A DNA stretch of 64,000 nt from Lingula anatina (GCA_051362555.1 CM120641.1:13516001-13580000); one strand, 5' to 3'; shown: positions 1 through 13,305, numbered from the stretch's first letter. Numbers and translations are program-made. Notes: generated from the letters alone by a model not told the origin.

Positions 1-3000
1 AAATTCTTCAATCCTGTAAGAAACAAAATGTGTAGCACACACATAAATTATGCTTTACATGGAATATCATTCCTGAATGCCAGATGGATATTGTTAATTT
101 TTTAAAGAAAAATGTAAGGTTTCTAAAAGTGATGAGGCTTAAAGAAAGAAATCCAAACACTACAAGTAAAATACTAGTTACTGATAACATTAACATTCCT
201 GTGGTAGGTGATGAAAAAGTAAAACAATAAAAATATCACTCTTCAGTATATCCATTACAGAAATAAAATTGGAAAACCATTTCATAAACCTGACAATCAA
301 CATATCAGATACTTTCAATGACATAGATATACAAACCTTTGCTTATATAAACAGCACCAAGTACCATCATAACTAAAATAACCATCACCTATTAAATACT
401 ATCTATAACATACTAAACAAAATTATGTCTAAAGCTCATTCACATTTCAAAAACATGGACAGGTTTAAATATCAGAACCTTAATGATACCTGAAACATTG
501 CCTTTAACAGTCAACATATCTATAATGTGATGATCAGGTTGGCAAACTATACCAACATTAGTCTATTTCCTTTTTCTTTAGCATTAATCTTCAATGTCTT
601 CTTCCAAACAGAGCATAAGCCAGCCACCAAAGTGTTCCCTTTCACCACTCAACACACAAAATTAATAGAAAAACTTTTCTTCACATAAAAAAAGACACAA
701 AGATCTTTTTCTACTCTGGAAGCAATATTTGTAAATCCAATCCACTCTCAAGTCAAAGTTAAAAGCTTTCACCATCAATTTTCAATGCATTACTCAGCAT
801 TCTACATTTTCACCAGACTAGTCACCCACCCAACACCTCAAGTCATTACTATGTCATGGTCTCTGTGAGTTTATTTCACATAAAACTAACTCTGGAGTTC
901 TACAGTTCTGAAAAATGACTCGTTATAAAGTTTTCAAAAAATAGTTTTCTTTTCAAATGTCTTCCTCATATTTTCAAAACTGGGATATTTTAAGTATACT
1001 AGATAACACTACTATGAAACAAACTGAGACCATGAAATAGCCATTAATATTTCACAAGTTTTGCACCTTCATTCTGAACACTAGGAGGTGGCGCTGTCTC
1101 ACTAGGAACTGGAAAGCAAAGCAAGCACACCATATTAGAACAGTTGGGGTTTATTTATAGACAACTGAGCATTTTGGACAAGTCCCAGCTTAACTAAATT
1201 TCCTGCAGAAAATGCAAAACACTTTATCATACAAAAATCAATCAATATTACAAATTGAATTAAAGTTAACTCAAGTCACCTCTCAATTGATTGATTTGAC
1301 TGATATTTCATATGAATGCTAGTTCTATCTTGAGAGCCATGGGGTAATATTTCAATCAATGAAAGGTTGGAAACAACTAGGATAGAGCTGAAAGTAACGT
1401 TGGTATGGCAAGGTCCCATTAATCAAATGGCATGGCAAAGAAGTTGTGTGTGGATATGGCAAAGACTTTTTCTGCAATATTGGGGTTCAAACAGACACTA
1501 ATAGGCTGAAAAGAGAAAAGTCATGCACATGACTGAGTCTAAAGAGATAATATTCAGGTTGTAAGAGACAATTGCAGATATTGCAATACAAATTGCATAT
1601 TGAACCAGACAAAGTGTACTTCACATTTGCACTTATATAAATTTGCAAAACAATTTACTAGTTTGTTTCTTCTCCAACCTATACTTAACTAGACAGTGTG
1701 ATTCACTAAAGGCACACCCAGAACCAAATAGTTTGACCTGATGCCAAAAGATCACACTGCTTCAAAGCATTCTGGTGAAATCAGTTCTACTATTTTCAGT
1801 TAATAAGATTCAGAATGCCCCTCAAAATACACTGTATATTATAAAAGCAAAACCATAAACATTTCTTTTAACATTCTAGATTAATTTCCCAGAATATGGC
1901 TTGTCTTTAAAAATAGTTTGAATGTTTCACTTTAATACCCAGTAGACTGCACGATCCATTTAACACACAACCCACAACATTTACATATAGCATTTCACAG
2001 CAAAAAAAAAAAAGGTGGAGTAATAATGTGTAAGGTATACATTTACCTGGATGCTCTGCAGCAGAAAAAGAAAATAAAGAAAAAAAAAACAATGTTAGTA
2101 TATGTAAATATATATAGATATTACTTCACACATACTGCATATGATGGAAAGAAAATTATCAGCATTCCTATTTTTCTCTCAGCAAACTGACACAGAAAAC
2201 CTGTTACCGCCTAGTATTCAATTTAATAACATCATATGGGAAAATTCCTTTAATTTCCTGTAGCAAATAGCTACATTTTGTACCATAATGAAGAGGACCT
2301 CACATGGTGAATTTCATTTCATACACTGCCAATATCATATCAAATATTCTAACAAACGCTCCAACACAAAATCTGTAAGAACTGTGCTTCATTAAAATTG
2401 AACCACAACTCCCAGATCTGATGCATGTATTAGTATATAAACTGCTGTTGATGGACATAAATTAAACCTCAACAGACCCCTAAATCTTATCATCAGTGAC
2501 AAAGGAAGACAGATGTCTTAACAATGAAACTTTTAAGTCCTGAATTTACAACCCAAGGGGTTTTAAAGTTCACAAAGAATTGATTTTTGTTCTATGCAGC
2601 AACACAACTAGCAGTGGCTTGCATTAGAGCTTAATCAAAATGTCAAAGAAATGTCTTCCCATATGCATTCATTTACACTGTGTAGGTCTACAATTATATG
2701 CTTTTTATGAAGCAGACATGGAATAGATTAATTTGGAGGTCTACATGGGCTAATCAATACGACTCTCTGTCTATGGAGAATATAAAACATTTAGCACTGA
2801 GGACAGGAGTGATAAAATTTATGATATGGTGATTGACACAAATAAAGTACATATCATATTCTTGCTTAAACAAATCAGCAGAAATGTTGTGCTAAAAAGA
2901 CTTTTATCACATATACTGCTCTGACAAAAAAATACAGTGCAACCTTCACTACAAGATGTGCTTCAGGACTCAAAGGCCTTATTTGTTTCTCTTCAATGCT

Positions 3001-6000
3001 ACGCACCATATTGCATGTAAAGTAACATAAAATGAATAGTTCATTGAAAGTGATTAAATAACAATTATGCGAATGATTCACCACAAGACATCCATCATCA
3101 TTGGCCATTATCTTTATGCTCAGGCTATCGATTTGTGTCTGCACAAGGTTCTCAATATATACTTCCCCTTTTAAAATCAAAAGCGGATCAAGTTTGAGAA
3201 TTTTGGCATGTCCTAATATACTGGCAAATAATTGATAAGTGATTTTATTTGAACATTTGTAATTAGGCATTTTTTGCCCACCCTATATGCATTATCAGTA
3301 TATTTTCAGCTACTCTAGATATATATGTAAAAACAAAACTAGTATTCAGGCACGGTCAGCTCACAACTCCTATCCTCAACAGCAGCTTACATGAACTGAT
3401 TTCTGGCATAAGTACCGCATAACCAAACTATTTCGAACAATAAAAATACTTACTATCTTCCACATTTTCTGTAGTTCCATCAGGATTTGTTTTGAAATGC
3501 AATAGTTCTGATGACATGGGTGACAACATGTCCACATCTGAAGGTGTCAGTGCAGCTCCAGAGTCTTCCCCTTCCTAAAATAATAGAAAAAAAATATTAT
3601 TTATCATAATTGTACCATTTCTTATCACAATCTCTTCAATATGAAAATATCTAGCAGATATTTATATGTATATACTGCAAATGTATATTTATACATTTAA
3701 TTTACATTAAAATACAAATGCTGTCAAGAAAAATCAGTCTTATAGTGCCTAAGCTTCAAGTTAATATTTTTATAAAAATGTTAATACCTAAACTTATTTT
3801 GTCTTTACATGGTGGATATTTTAATTGCAGAGGTATTACCTAAACAATCAATCAGTGTGGTAATACACCTCCATTAAACAACTCTCCATTTAGCAACTAT
3901 TAGCTGGGAAATAATATTGAACTTCGTGTGGGACTCAGCTAACACTGTACATAAAATGCCATTGGTTCTAGAATATGGATATGTCAGGTTGACTAATGCA
4001 AGATAATTTATTAAACAATTTACACTTGTACCTTGTCTTTTTATTTAGCTGCTTTCCATGTAATTATTATCCATATAACCATCTATATTAAGAGTAAAAT
4101 GTTTACTTATAGGGTCCTTGGCAAAATACATTATAAAATATAATCTCATTGAGAAAGCAAACATATTTTAACTAAAAGTTAATTGCCTGCTAGGCTTGGG
4201 TTGGGTCATATTGAGATAATGAACATAACATATTAATTCATCTTTGATAAAGCTTCATGAATTTTTCAGTGGGTTAGCTTTTTCTTTGTGTCAGAGTTCA
4301 TTGTGGAAAATTGCATAAGGTATTCAAGCCACCCACTGAAGTTTAAGATAGTAAAGTGATTCTGAACCTGTAGCTATTTACAAAGCTTAACTGAGGTGTT
4401 TGATCAATGGAAAAGGTCATTGGTTTTTTATATAAGAAAAAAATGGCCACTAAAGGACATGGAATGGGTCATCTAAGCATAGATGCTGTTCTCATTTCTA
4501 TTATTTCCCCTGAACATATATAAACACATCACTAATTACACCTAAAAAATTGGATAAAAAAGTGTACAATCTGTGCATTTACATGTAAACTACACTAACT
4601 GTTCATTTTGATTCAATGATTACAGGGTGTTTCAATCAATGCAAAAATCATCTGTTCAAATAAGCTTCTGTCATGAAATTTGTTTCCAAGAAGATTAAAA
4701 ACCTACAGATAAACAAGCAGAAAGAGATTAATATCTGGATATATTTAATATCTCTACCTTACACCCGAGAGCCAACTAAAGTGATTCTCTAGCAATTTCT
4801 TAGAATATAATTGGGAAAATCAATACAATTGACTCAGGCAAGGGAAAATGTGAAACAGACAACAGATTTGATATTTTTAAATACTAGATACAACAGTTGT
4901 TCACACCATGGTTAAGTAATGCTTAATTCTTTTAAAAGAATACATTGCAACTTTAGTAAAGACTTTGAGAAAATTTCTAAACTGACAGTATTGACTGTAT
5001 AAGGATTTAAATGATAGAATGCAGACATTGTCTTATTGAGCTCAAAGCTATAAAGTGAAACAGCGAATCACTGCAGTGCATCCACTGGGAATCTACTCAC
5101 TCGTAACAAGATAAAACATTGATGGTCGAATATCCTGCTCTTAGAATGATCATACAACAGCTTCCAAAACTAACAGATGTGGTTATATTCCCAAACATAC
5201 TGGTGAAGTTATAGTGAATCAAATATCAAAAGCCATGGTAGGCTGTAAACCATAGAGAAGATTGATCAAAATGGACATTATACCAGTATTCCCTTAAACC
5301 ATGACAAAATTAAAAATGCATTTAGATTTTAAGTCAAATCCACGAAACCCAACCAAAAGCCACCATAAAATTTCAAATAGTATAACTTAATTTCCCAAAA
5401 AATGATATTTGAACAGACATTTTCTGCTTTCTTTCTGTGCTTTAAATATCCCTAAGCAGTCTCTTTTGAATAAGTGTACAATTGCATGCTCAGCTATACA
5501 TCCATACATGGGAGTGAGAGTGATGATAATGCAATGCGGAAGCAGTACTATAACATTTAGTGGACTTTTACAAACTGGAGGGACAGATACATGTTTATTT
5601 CAACCAACAATTTGTAGATGGTGTGGTCTAAAAGCTACTTTTGGCTGAACAGGCCCCCGTTTCACAAAAAAACTTCATTCGACTAAGAGCTTGGTTACCA
5701 ACGTAATTAAGTCATTACGTCACTAAGTCCCATTTCACAAAGAATCTAAAAGGTCGCTTACGTCGTTTTTTTCTTAGCTGCTAGTCGACGATGTCTAGCC
5801 TCCTCGGGAGGAGACTTAAGTCGGCAAGCTCAACTAAAACTCGGTAAATGAGAGCATAAAAAACAAAAATTTGGAAAGAACATACCTCCTTCAAGATATT
5901 GTGTTATAATATCCTTGAATAGCACTGATATTTATGGAATATTGAAATAAAAAATAAAATGCCACTTTACCCTGCCGATCGCATTTATTTTTGTCTTTGA

Positions 6001-7269
6001 CCGCTAGACGTCCGTCAGCAGTGTTCCACGACAAGCTAATGTTTAACTGTTACTTTGAAGTTGTATTGAAGTTAAACTAATCAATATAGTTCAAAAACAA
6101 ACTTTGTTTGTGTTTTGGCTGACTTTTATTGTTGATAAACGATCGTTCTCGGCCGAAAGAGGCCATGAAACGTCATGTCTTGTGAAACTTTTGAAATTTT
6201 ACACCTCCTTTTCTTGAAGAGTTTCTCGTGCGCGTCGACTATGGTAAGCACGCCAAGCTAAGACGTTAGATTCTTTGTGAAACACTCTTAGTCGACTGCA
6301 GCGTAGTCGACCTAGCTAGGTCACCTAGCTTGAGCTAGTCGACTAGGGATTTAAGATTTTTTGTGAAATGGGGGCCAGGGGATTAATTTGGTTTATGACT
6401 TGGCATGTTGACTTTATTTAAGTCAGATAAGTAACTAGAAGAAGTGGTTTATAAATCTATGCTCACTTAATATGAAACTTTAACTGTAAGTAGTATAAGA
6501 TCACACATAGGTGCTCATAATGGGCATGTCAAATAATTCTATTTGGGCTGAACAAATTTTTAAAAATGATTTAAAGAAGCACTGGAGTAAATATTTTATC
6601 ATAAGTTAATGGTATTGAAGATTAAGTAAAAAGCATTAAAAAACACGACAAAAGATATTATAATAAGGACATGAACACCAATTTATCACTGCCTTTGACC
6701 TGAAGATATCTCTCTTCATCTTTATTCCTGGGGAAAACATTTGAATGCAGAGGAGAGACAAATTAGATTGATATGTGTTACAGTCTATCCCCAATGAGGT
6801 TAATAGCAACTGTCAAATGCATAGTGACTAAAACAGAAATCCAAAAACCAATCTGAAACTATAGTGTTATCTCAGTCTTCAATGGAAAAATAGGGAAGAC
6901 AGCTCTAAATCAGTTTAAGGTTCAACAAATCTAATCAATGGCAAGACAATCACTATCCTTGAATAGTCTAAGACACAGCCTTCAAGACAAACTGCCAATC
7001 AGTTATTGGATGCCAGTTCTACTAAAACAAATTAGTTGCTTTTAATTGTGTTTAAGAGTATGCTTTAAATGTCACTTTCCATAATAATGTATTGTCAACA
7101 TTTGTATGTCCCTGGGTAAAGTTCTTCTCGTGGGGATGTTAATAAGTCTAATCCATCATAAATGCAAATTCACATCTTAAACAAAAATAATTAATGTAAT
7201 ATTGAGCAATTAAGTTTTCCAAGTTCCAACAAAAATTGTCAACTCTCTTTCACCATAGATAATACTGAC

Positions 7270-7327
<58 letters not shown>

Positions 7328-10300
7328 GTACCAATCTATTTCAATAAACTGTGCATTTAGTTTTAATGAAATATATAATCTTTACACCAGACAAGGTAGT
7401 CCAATTGCTCCATGTTATCCCCATCAAAAGTCATCTCATTGAAAACTGTGCCTAGCATTTATTTTTCAAAACCTCTTGTAAACTAATATTTCAATGTCAA
7501 TTCTCATGACAGTTCAACTGACATCTGTAACTCACAACTATATAATTTTATGATCCTTATCGAGGTCAGTTTTGCTCTTACAGCACCAATAACACGGAAA
7601 GTTAGAAAGACTGGGAATTCATAGTGTAACTTACCAACATCATGTCCTCTATTTCCTTGATCACTTCAGCTGCAGTGAACATTGGCTCCTGTTGGAGACT
7701 GGAGACAATGAGGGAATGCAAGTCAAAGTCATGTTGTAACTCTTCATCTTCTGAGAGATCCAAGTCAGGAGAGTCACAGTCCTAAAATCAGAGATAACAG
7801 TTCCACAGAAGTCTGCCTGTGAGGTTACTTTTATTGGAGGCCAGTATACCCCTCATCCCTACACACTTGTTAAGACAGAAAGAGTTACTGAGACTAAAAA
7901 GTAATTATTATTGACCAAAGAGAAGGGAATTCATCAGGTATGATAAAGAAACGAATTATAATATCATAGAAAGTTTTTTTTATCTGTCAAATCTGATCTT
8001 GGAAAAAGATGTTTTAATCATATATTTACAGCCTATACCTATCAAAGAGTATACCAATTAATACAGACTGAAAGGAATATCTGAATATGATATCAATACA
8101 TGAATTTTTACACAGACATTAATCTGGTTAAAATAATCCGAATTCTATTGCATCATATCATTTGTCTATTTATGCCAAACATACATATCCCCTTAAACCA
8201 TAAGTCAGTACTATTATGATTCAAGATTGTACCCTTTTTTCATCCAGTTTTAAAGCCTTGGTGTGCAGCTGCCGTGTGTATGTTTTGGACCAATCAATTG
8301 GTAGAATGTTCCCAAAATTTCCTGTGATGGTCCACCACATTCTGTAAAAAGAAATATAACAAAAAAATTAATACTAATCATAAAAAATAACACATACCCC
8401 TTATGTTTTCCATCCTCTCTTGATTACACTATTTCCATTGTTTAATTACCTAAAAGTTACGAAGTAAAAAATAGTTCTCAGATGTAGGCCTACATAATAT
8501 CTCTTCTATGATACAACAACTTAGCATGTTCATAAAAAAATACATTATAGTAATATGTCATTTACCGTTGGGGATGTAATGGGAAAAACATACGGCAGAA
8601 TTTAACATAATTTCTAGGCAATTTTCCATGGATCATTTAATTACAAGACAATTTTCAAATGTAAGGCTTCGTTCACATGCAATGTCTATTTTCTATTTTC
8701 TATTTTCTATTTTCGGTATGTCTTATGATCACGGTCTGTGCACTGAATATCCCGCGGCGTAATTACTGGCAGCGCGAGCCAGTTACTATAAGTTACTATA
8801 AGTAACTGGCTCGCGCTGCCAGTAATTACGCGGCGGGATATTCAGTGCACAGACCGTGATCATAAGACATACCGAAAATAGAAAATAGAAAATAGACATT
8901 GCATGTGAACGAAGCCTAAGTGAAGACCAATTTTAATTATGTCATATGTAAATTATTATGACCGTATTTGGTTATCGAGTTCCACATTTAATTTCAATCT
9001 TTACCATCTCATACAGTAGTTAAAACCAGAGGTCAATCTAGAGCTTGCATTTGCCTAAAGAGATCGCAAGTAAATAGGCAAAAATGGACTAACTCAAAAA
9101 GTTAAGCACTTTATTGTCAATCATCAATACACTGAAAAAGTCAGCAGGAGAATACTCTGTAAACACAGAAATTTGATAAAAGCTTCACTACATCAGCAGG
9201 AGGGAGTGGTTTGATCTATACAGTGCTACCACTACAGATCAATACTGATGTTCTGCTTAAAGCTGGCATCACTATGCATATAAGAACTCCCACTGTAGAA
9301 ATCAATAATACATATAGGAGCATGCCTTTTAGATATTAGAACACTTCAACTGTTTTGTTAACAAACAATTACTGGTTAAATTGACAGTCAACCCAAAGCC
9401 ATGTCATGGAAAATGCATTTGTAACAGTGAATTCCACAAGACAGAAATAACTGTTTGCTTCATGTGTGCAAAAAATTATTTTAGCATTGATCTTATCTGT
9501 ATTGCAGAAAGGTTCTGTTTAGTGCAAAAATTACACTTACTTCATCATACACAGTCTAAAGTTCAGCAGTCTTTTTGCCATGGTGGCCTGCCAGATATAT
9601 CATTATGTAAATCAGATGACTAATTCCCAAGTGTTATGAAAATTGCAGGCAGCAGTGCAAAGACCACCTTTTTTAAACAAATGAATTAAGAAATATCAAA
9701 GCTGATAGAAGATAAACTGCACTTGGAATGCAATCAATAGTCTTAAATATGTTTTTGTTTTGTAATGAAGATTTATAATTATAATATATTCCCATCTACG
9801 AAATGCTATTATACTGCAATATGGCAAAAAGAGATAGATTGACCTGAACATAGAGAAAGATGGTATTGTTTTGCAGCAATTCCTTGGAGAGTTCATTCCT
9901 TGGAACTCCTTCCTAAGCCTAAAATGTATTTATGCCTTAACCAAACTGCATGTTCTCAACAAAATAAGTCAATATATTAAGTAATCATGAAGTAATAAAA
10001 AAAAAGATTAAGGTGTCCTTTCCATCACCTATGCATACTGTGTTGAATTAATTCACAAAATTAACATTTATAAAATAATAAAACCCATGTACACACACTT
10101 GTAAAAAATATAATTTTACATCATTTTAATTTGACATTTTATAATTGTAAAAAGTATAAATTTATTATTATTGCAATTGTAATAATAATATTACATCTCA
10201 TTAATACTATTTTGAATGTGGTGTCAAATTGTCTTTTCTGTACGATAATACCACGAATGCTTCAAACGATTGTCTTTCACAAATTATACTGGAATTTTTT

Positions 10301-11322
10301 AGATGATAGAAATGTGAACATTTATATGCTCGTATTCTGGTTTCCTTTACATTCAGTTCTGTATATATATATGAACATGTACATTTTCCATGTATTTACC
10401 AAGTATAGTACATATTTTCCATTGGCATTACCATATGCACTGTATATCAACCAAAAGTCTTTCATATCAGCACATTTTTCAGAGGCTGTTTTGGAAGACA
10501 CAGTCTGTGCCCAATACTTTTCATCTTACAGGCCATCCGGGCCACCAGGGTCTGAAAATCTACTGGCCCTAACCAAACTTCACTGGTCAAAATCCAATTA
10601 AAAAAAAAAAAAAGAAAACTTCAATTACCAGGCTTCCTGTTACAAATAAGAACAAAAACATGGGATTTTCATAAGTTTATTTTGAAAAAGACTACAGCAT
10701 TTAGCCTGAATGTTCAAAAAACAAATTGGAGTAGATCTACATGTTACAGCCGAAAAAAAGCTACTGTCGGTACTGGCCCAGTCAAGACGAAGTAACTGAC
10801 CGTTTTTCTGAATTTCACGGGTCCGGTCCGATTTTTACTGGCACTGGCAGTCGGGTCAATGGTTAACGTCGCAGACTGGTGACATTTTACAACTGAATCG
10901 TCCTTGAATCGATTGACATTTTCTTAAAATTAAGGTGAAGTAAGACGGTGATAGAGAGAAAGACAACAGTGAAATCAGTGGATAAATCAAGAGTGAGCAA
11001 AGCTTGACCTATATACTTACTGACAATCATTCATTATTTCTTCTTGGCTTCGAATCTGTACTGGGGCGAATTTTTCTACCTTCTCGTCATAATTTTTGAA
11101 ACATTTGGTAATCTTTTCATCAAAAGAGTTCACCAGATCTTCTAAAGATCCTGATAAAGTTTCATTAAAATTGTCCACCGATTCTCGTTCTATCCGATTG
11201 TCCACACTTCCTGTTGTTTTATTTGAGTTTTCAAGATCTGAAGCGGTTTGAAAGTCATTGAATTCATTCCACTCGTCGCTTTCGAACTTTGCGAGTGGAG
11301 CTTCAAACTGCAGCTCCGCCAT
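1..11322 (-). CDS. FEZ: Fasciculation and elongation protein zeta (FEZ1/2, UNC-76 family), 5' part; 3' end lies outside the window
   Basis: GT-AG exons with consistent phases: 11021-11322 (MAELQFEAPLA...SGSLEDLVNSFDEKITKCF...APVQIRSQEEIMNDCQ), 8233-8341 (MWWTITGNFGNILPIDWSKTY), 7635-7781 (LDLSEDEELQHDFDLHSLI...EPMFTAAEVIKEIEDMM), 3454-3574, and an exon starting at 13 (RLKN...). SLEDLV.SFDEK, WWT.TGNFGNILPIDW and TA..VI.EI..MM are recognisable FEZ/UNC-76 motifs. Confidence 0.93.
1067..1108 (-). other. Candidate 42-nt cassette exon of FEZ (xPSETAPPPSVQNE), with an alternative internal donor giving a 6-nt exon (1103-1108)
   Basis: Acceptor tgtgcttgctttgctttccag; donor AAG|gtgcaa at 1066 or CTA|gtgaga at 1102. 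Both versions keep phase 1 and contain no stop. Confidence 0.5.
2047..2055 (-). other. Candidate 9-nt frame-preserving microexon of FEZ (AGCATCCAG)
   Basis: Minus strand reads TACTAAC (2094-2100), a long pyrimidine tract, TGCTGCAG|AGCATCCAG|GTAAAT. It fits the phase-1 intron 4 and adds K-H-P without a stop. Confidence 0.7.
5653..6375. mobile_element. Non-autonomous PIF/Harbinger-type DNA transposon in FEZ intron 3
   Basis: TIRs GCCCCCGTTTCACAAAA / TTTTGTGAAATGGGGGC; 3-bp CAG duplication at 5650-5652 and 6376-6378; CpG-rich against a CpG-poor intron; no ORF. Confidence 0.8.
7270..7326. repeat. (AAT)n microsatellite
   Basis: Direct reading. Confidence 0.95.
8665..8916. mobile_element. Fold-back MITE, PIF/Harbinger-like, in FEZ intron 1
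   Basis: Nearly the whole 252 bp is one inverted repeat (GGCTTCGTTCACATGC...GCATGTGAACGAAGCC); TAA duplication at 8662-8664 and 8917-8919. Confidence 0.88.
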
Positions 11323-12008
11323 GTTTCCAATCGTCAGCTCTTCCCAATGAGGTCATCGGAATCATAAAGAACAAAGAATCGAATACATTTAGACGAACAT
11401 AAGGGAAACGAATGCATTTTAGACACGATGCCAATTTAACAATCCTGTCTTGAAATAGAATTCTATGACCAAGTTTTATGAATGCCACAAACACTTTTAA
11501 GAGCGTTGTTTCAACTGCTTGATTTGCATTGGTTTGTCAAGAAATGTTCACTTCATTTCGGTAGACTAAATTATTCATTTGATTTTCTAGTACGTACTTT
11601 CACTCACTTCCGGGAAAAACAAAGGGGCGCCTCCCACATCTACTCCGTATGTTCACGGTATTGCTCACAATTTCTGCTCTTATCCCAAATGCAAGGGTTA
11701 TATAGTTACTTGTTTTAGTTTTTTTTTACTTTGACTTGTTCCTTAAAATATCTAATACAAAATTGGGCACTATTATTTGGCAGCAGGTAATTCATTTATC
11801 CGATGCCCAGAATTTTAAGCTTAATTTCCTGTTAGTTTATTAAAAAATAAAGGCTAAATGAATTCATTGGCATGGGATTTGGTCCATTCTTTTGGCTGAA
11901 ATTTGTCACATTCAGGAACATTTTGAGAGAACAGTTTCATTAGCTCTGTATGTATCAATTCAAATTATTGTTTTTCTTTTTATCAAGAGCTTGTAAAATA
12001 TGTGGGTA

Positions 12009-12056
12009 TTACCTCCAATATTTCTGTGACTGTCAGTCACCATCATCAGGGAGTAA
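12009..12056 (-). ncRNA. Minimal hammerhead ribozyme motif in the left Penelope pLTR
   Basis: Minus strand UUACUCC-CUGAUGA-UGGUGACUGACAGUCACA-GAAA-UAUU-GGAGGUAA: core CUGAUGA and GAAA, stem II GUGAC/GUCAC, palindromic AUAU stem III, stem I CUCC/GGAG. The base of stem II is imperfect. Confidence 0.7.
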
Positions 12057-12507
12057 ATGACTATGGTCATTTCACCTGGCAATGTGAGAGCAATGTGGGG
12101 TGACATATTCAGTCAAATGTGGAACCTGTCAAGGAGAATACATTGGCGAGACAGGAAGACCATTAGCCACAAGAATGAAAGAACACAAAGACTCAGTGGC
12201 CAAAAACAACTGGAAATCAGCCCTTGGAGAACATACCTGCAAACATCCAGGTCACCACATTGATTTTGACAGCCTGAAAGTGATAGACAGGGAAAACTGG
12301 ACATTCCAAAGAAAAATAACAGAAGCTGTACACATGAGGACCAAACAACCAGACCCGAACAGATATGGGGGGGGGTATGATCTACCAGCTATCTACCTCA
12401 CGGTGCTCCAGAGGGATGCAGAGGAGCCCCGGGGGTTGGGGGGTGGGATATAACAGTTACAACACAAGGCCAGTGATTAGGGGCAATTGACCTGGATTTT
12501 CATTCAT

Positions 12508-12555
12508 TTACTCCCTGATGATGGTGACTGACAGTCACAAAAATATTGGAGGTAA
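12508..12555 (+). ncRNA. Degenerate hammerhead motif in the right Penelope pLTR (GAAA changed to AAAA)
   Basis: ttactcc-ctgatga-tggtgactgacagtcaca-aaaa-tatt-ggaggtaa; matches the left copy except at the catalytic G. Confidence 0.6.
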
Positions 12556-13305
12556 TACCCACATATTTTACAAGCTCTTGATAAAAAGAAAACCAAAAAT
12601 TTCAAGAACATTTTGTTTTGAATAAGATTACTTTTTCAAGCAAGGGTGCACCAGCTGTAGCTCTGATACAAGGCATTTAGAAAATTGTTTATTCAAGATT
12701 ACAAGACCCACACAGTTTTTCTTTCTTAGAGAATTATACATTTATAAATCAAGCATTTATTAATGTAAAATGCACATGTACTTACTGTTTAGGAAATTAA
12801 GTTTAAAATAAACTAAAGCCCTAAGAATGAACAAAATTACTGGTTTTCAATCCAGTCAGATGATTTTATTTTAAGTAGAGCGCACTCTGACAAAGTTAGA
12901 CAGAGGTAGACTCTAGTCCCAGCAGTTTGAAGTTAAAACCATTTTGCTGGTTACTCAGCCAACAAACTAGTAACACAGTAATTACAAGTAATGCTGAAAG
13001 TTAGTTTAATGATGCCTTTTGCAAAATAAAGAAAATTCAATAATCACTACCAATTTGTGAACACCTGCACTGTGCTCAAACAAATGACTCAAAAAGTAAA
13101 AGCAATAGAGACTTTGTCTTCCATTTTTTTCCCCCTTTCTATACTACCATGTGCACTATACAATGAAAAGTTACAAGTACCTCAGAAATATCAATACAAG
13201 CAATAGGAAATTTTTTAACATTATCATTGAGAAATAAAAAAAATGTTGCTTATTGCATATTAATGTTCCTTAATTTATCTTTCATTTGATCTTTTGAATG
13301 TAAGT

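Larger units (their letters stand above)
11971..12592 (+). mobile_element. 5'-truncated Penelope-like retroelement: GIY-YIG endonuclease remnant flanked by inverted pseudo-LTRs
   Basis: ORF 12100-12453 YSVKCGTCQGEYIGETGRPLATRMKEH...SALGEH...GHHIDFD...RKITEA...NR..GYDLPAIY is the typical Penelope C-terminal GIY-YIG domain; ~90-bp inverted repeats at 11971-12060 and 12504-12592. Confidence 0.88.

Noticed and set aside
2944-2998. Possible FEZ exon (IEEKQIRPLSPEAHLVVK) inside ORF 2875-3270
   Set aside because: 55 nt, not frame-preserving, and gives a TAA in the required phase 1; weak acceptor.
6700-6727. AG/GT-bounded 28-nt segment in FEZ intron 3
   Set aside because: Reads GAA TAA in phase 0 and is not a multiple of 3; at most a poison exon, with no support.
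10131-10601. 156-aa ORF on the + strand
   Set aside because: AT-rich, low-complexity, antisense within FEZ intron 1, no recognisable motif.
10501-10878. Possible hAT-like element (CAGTCTG...CAGACTG ends)
   Set aside because: TIR is very short and no convincing 8-bp TSD was found.
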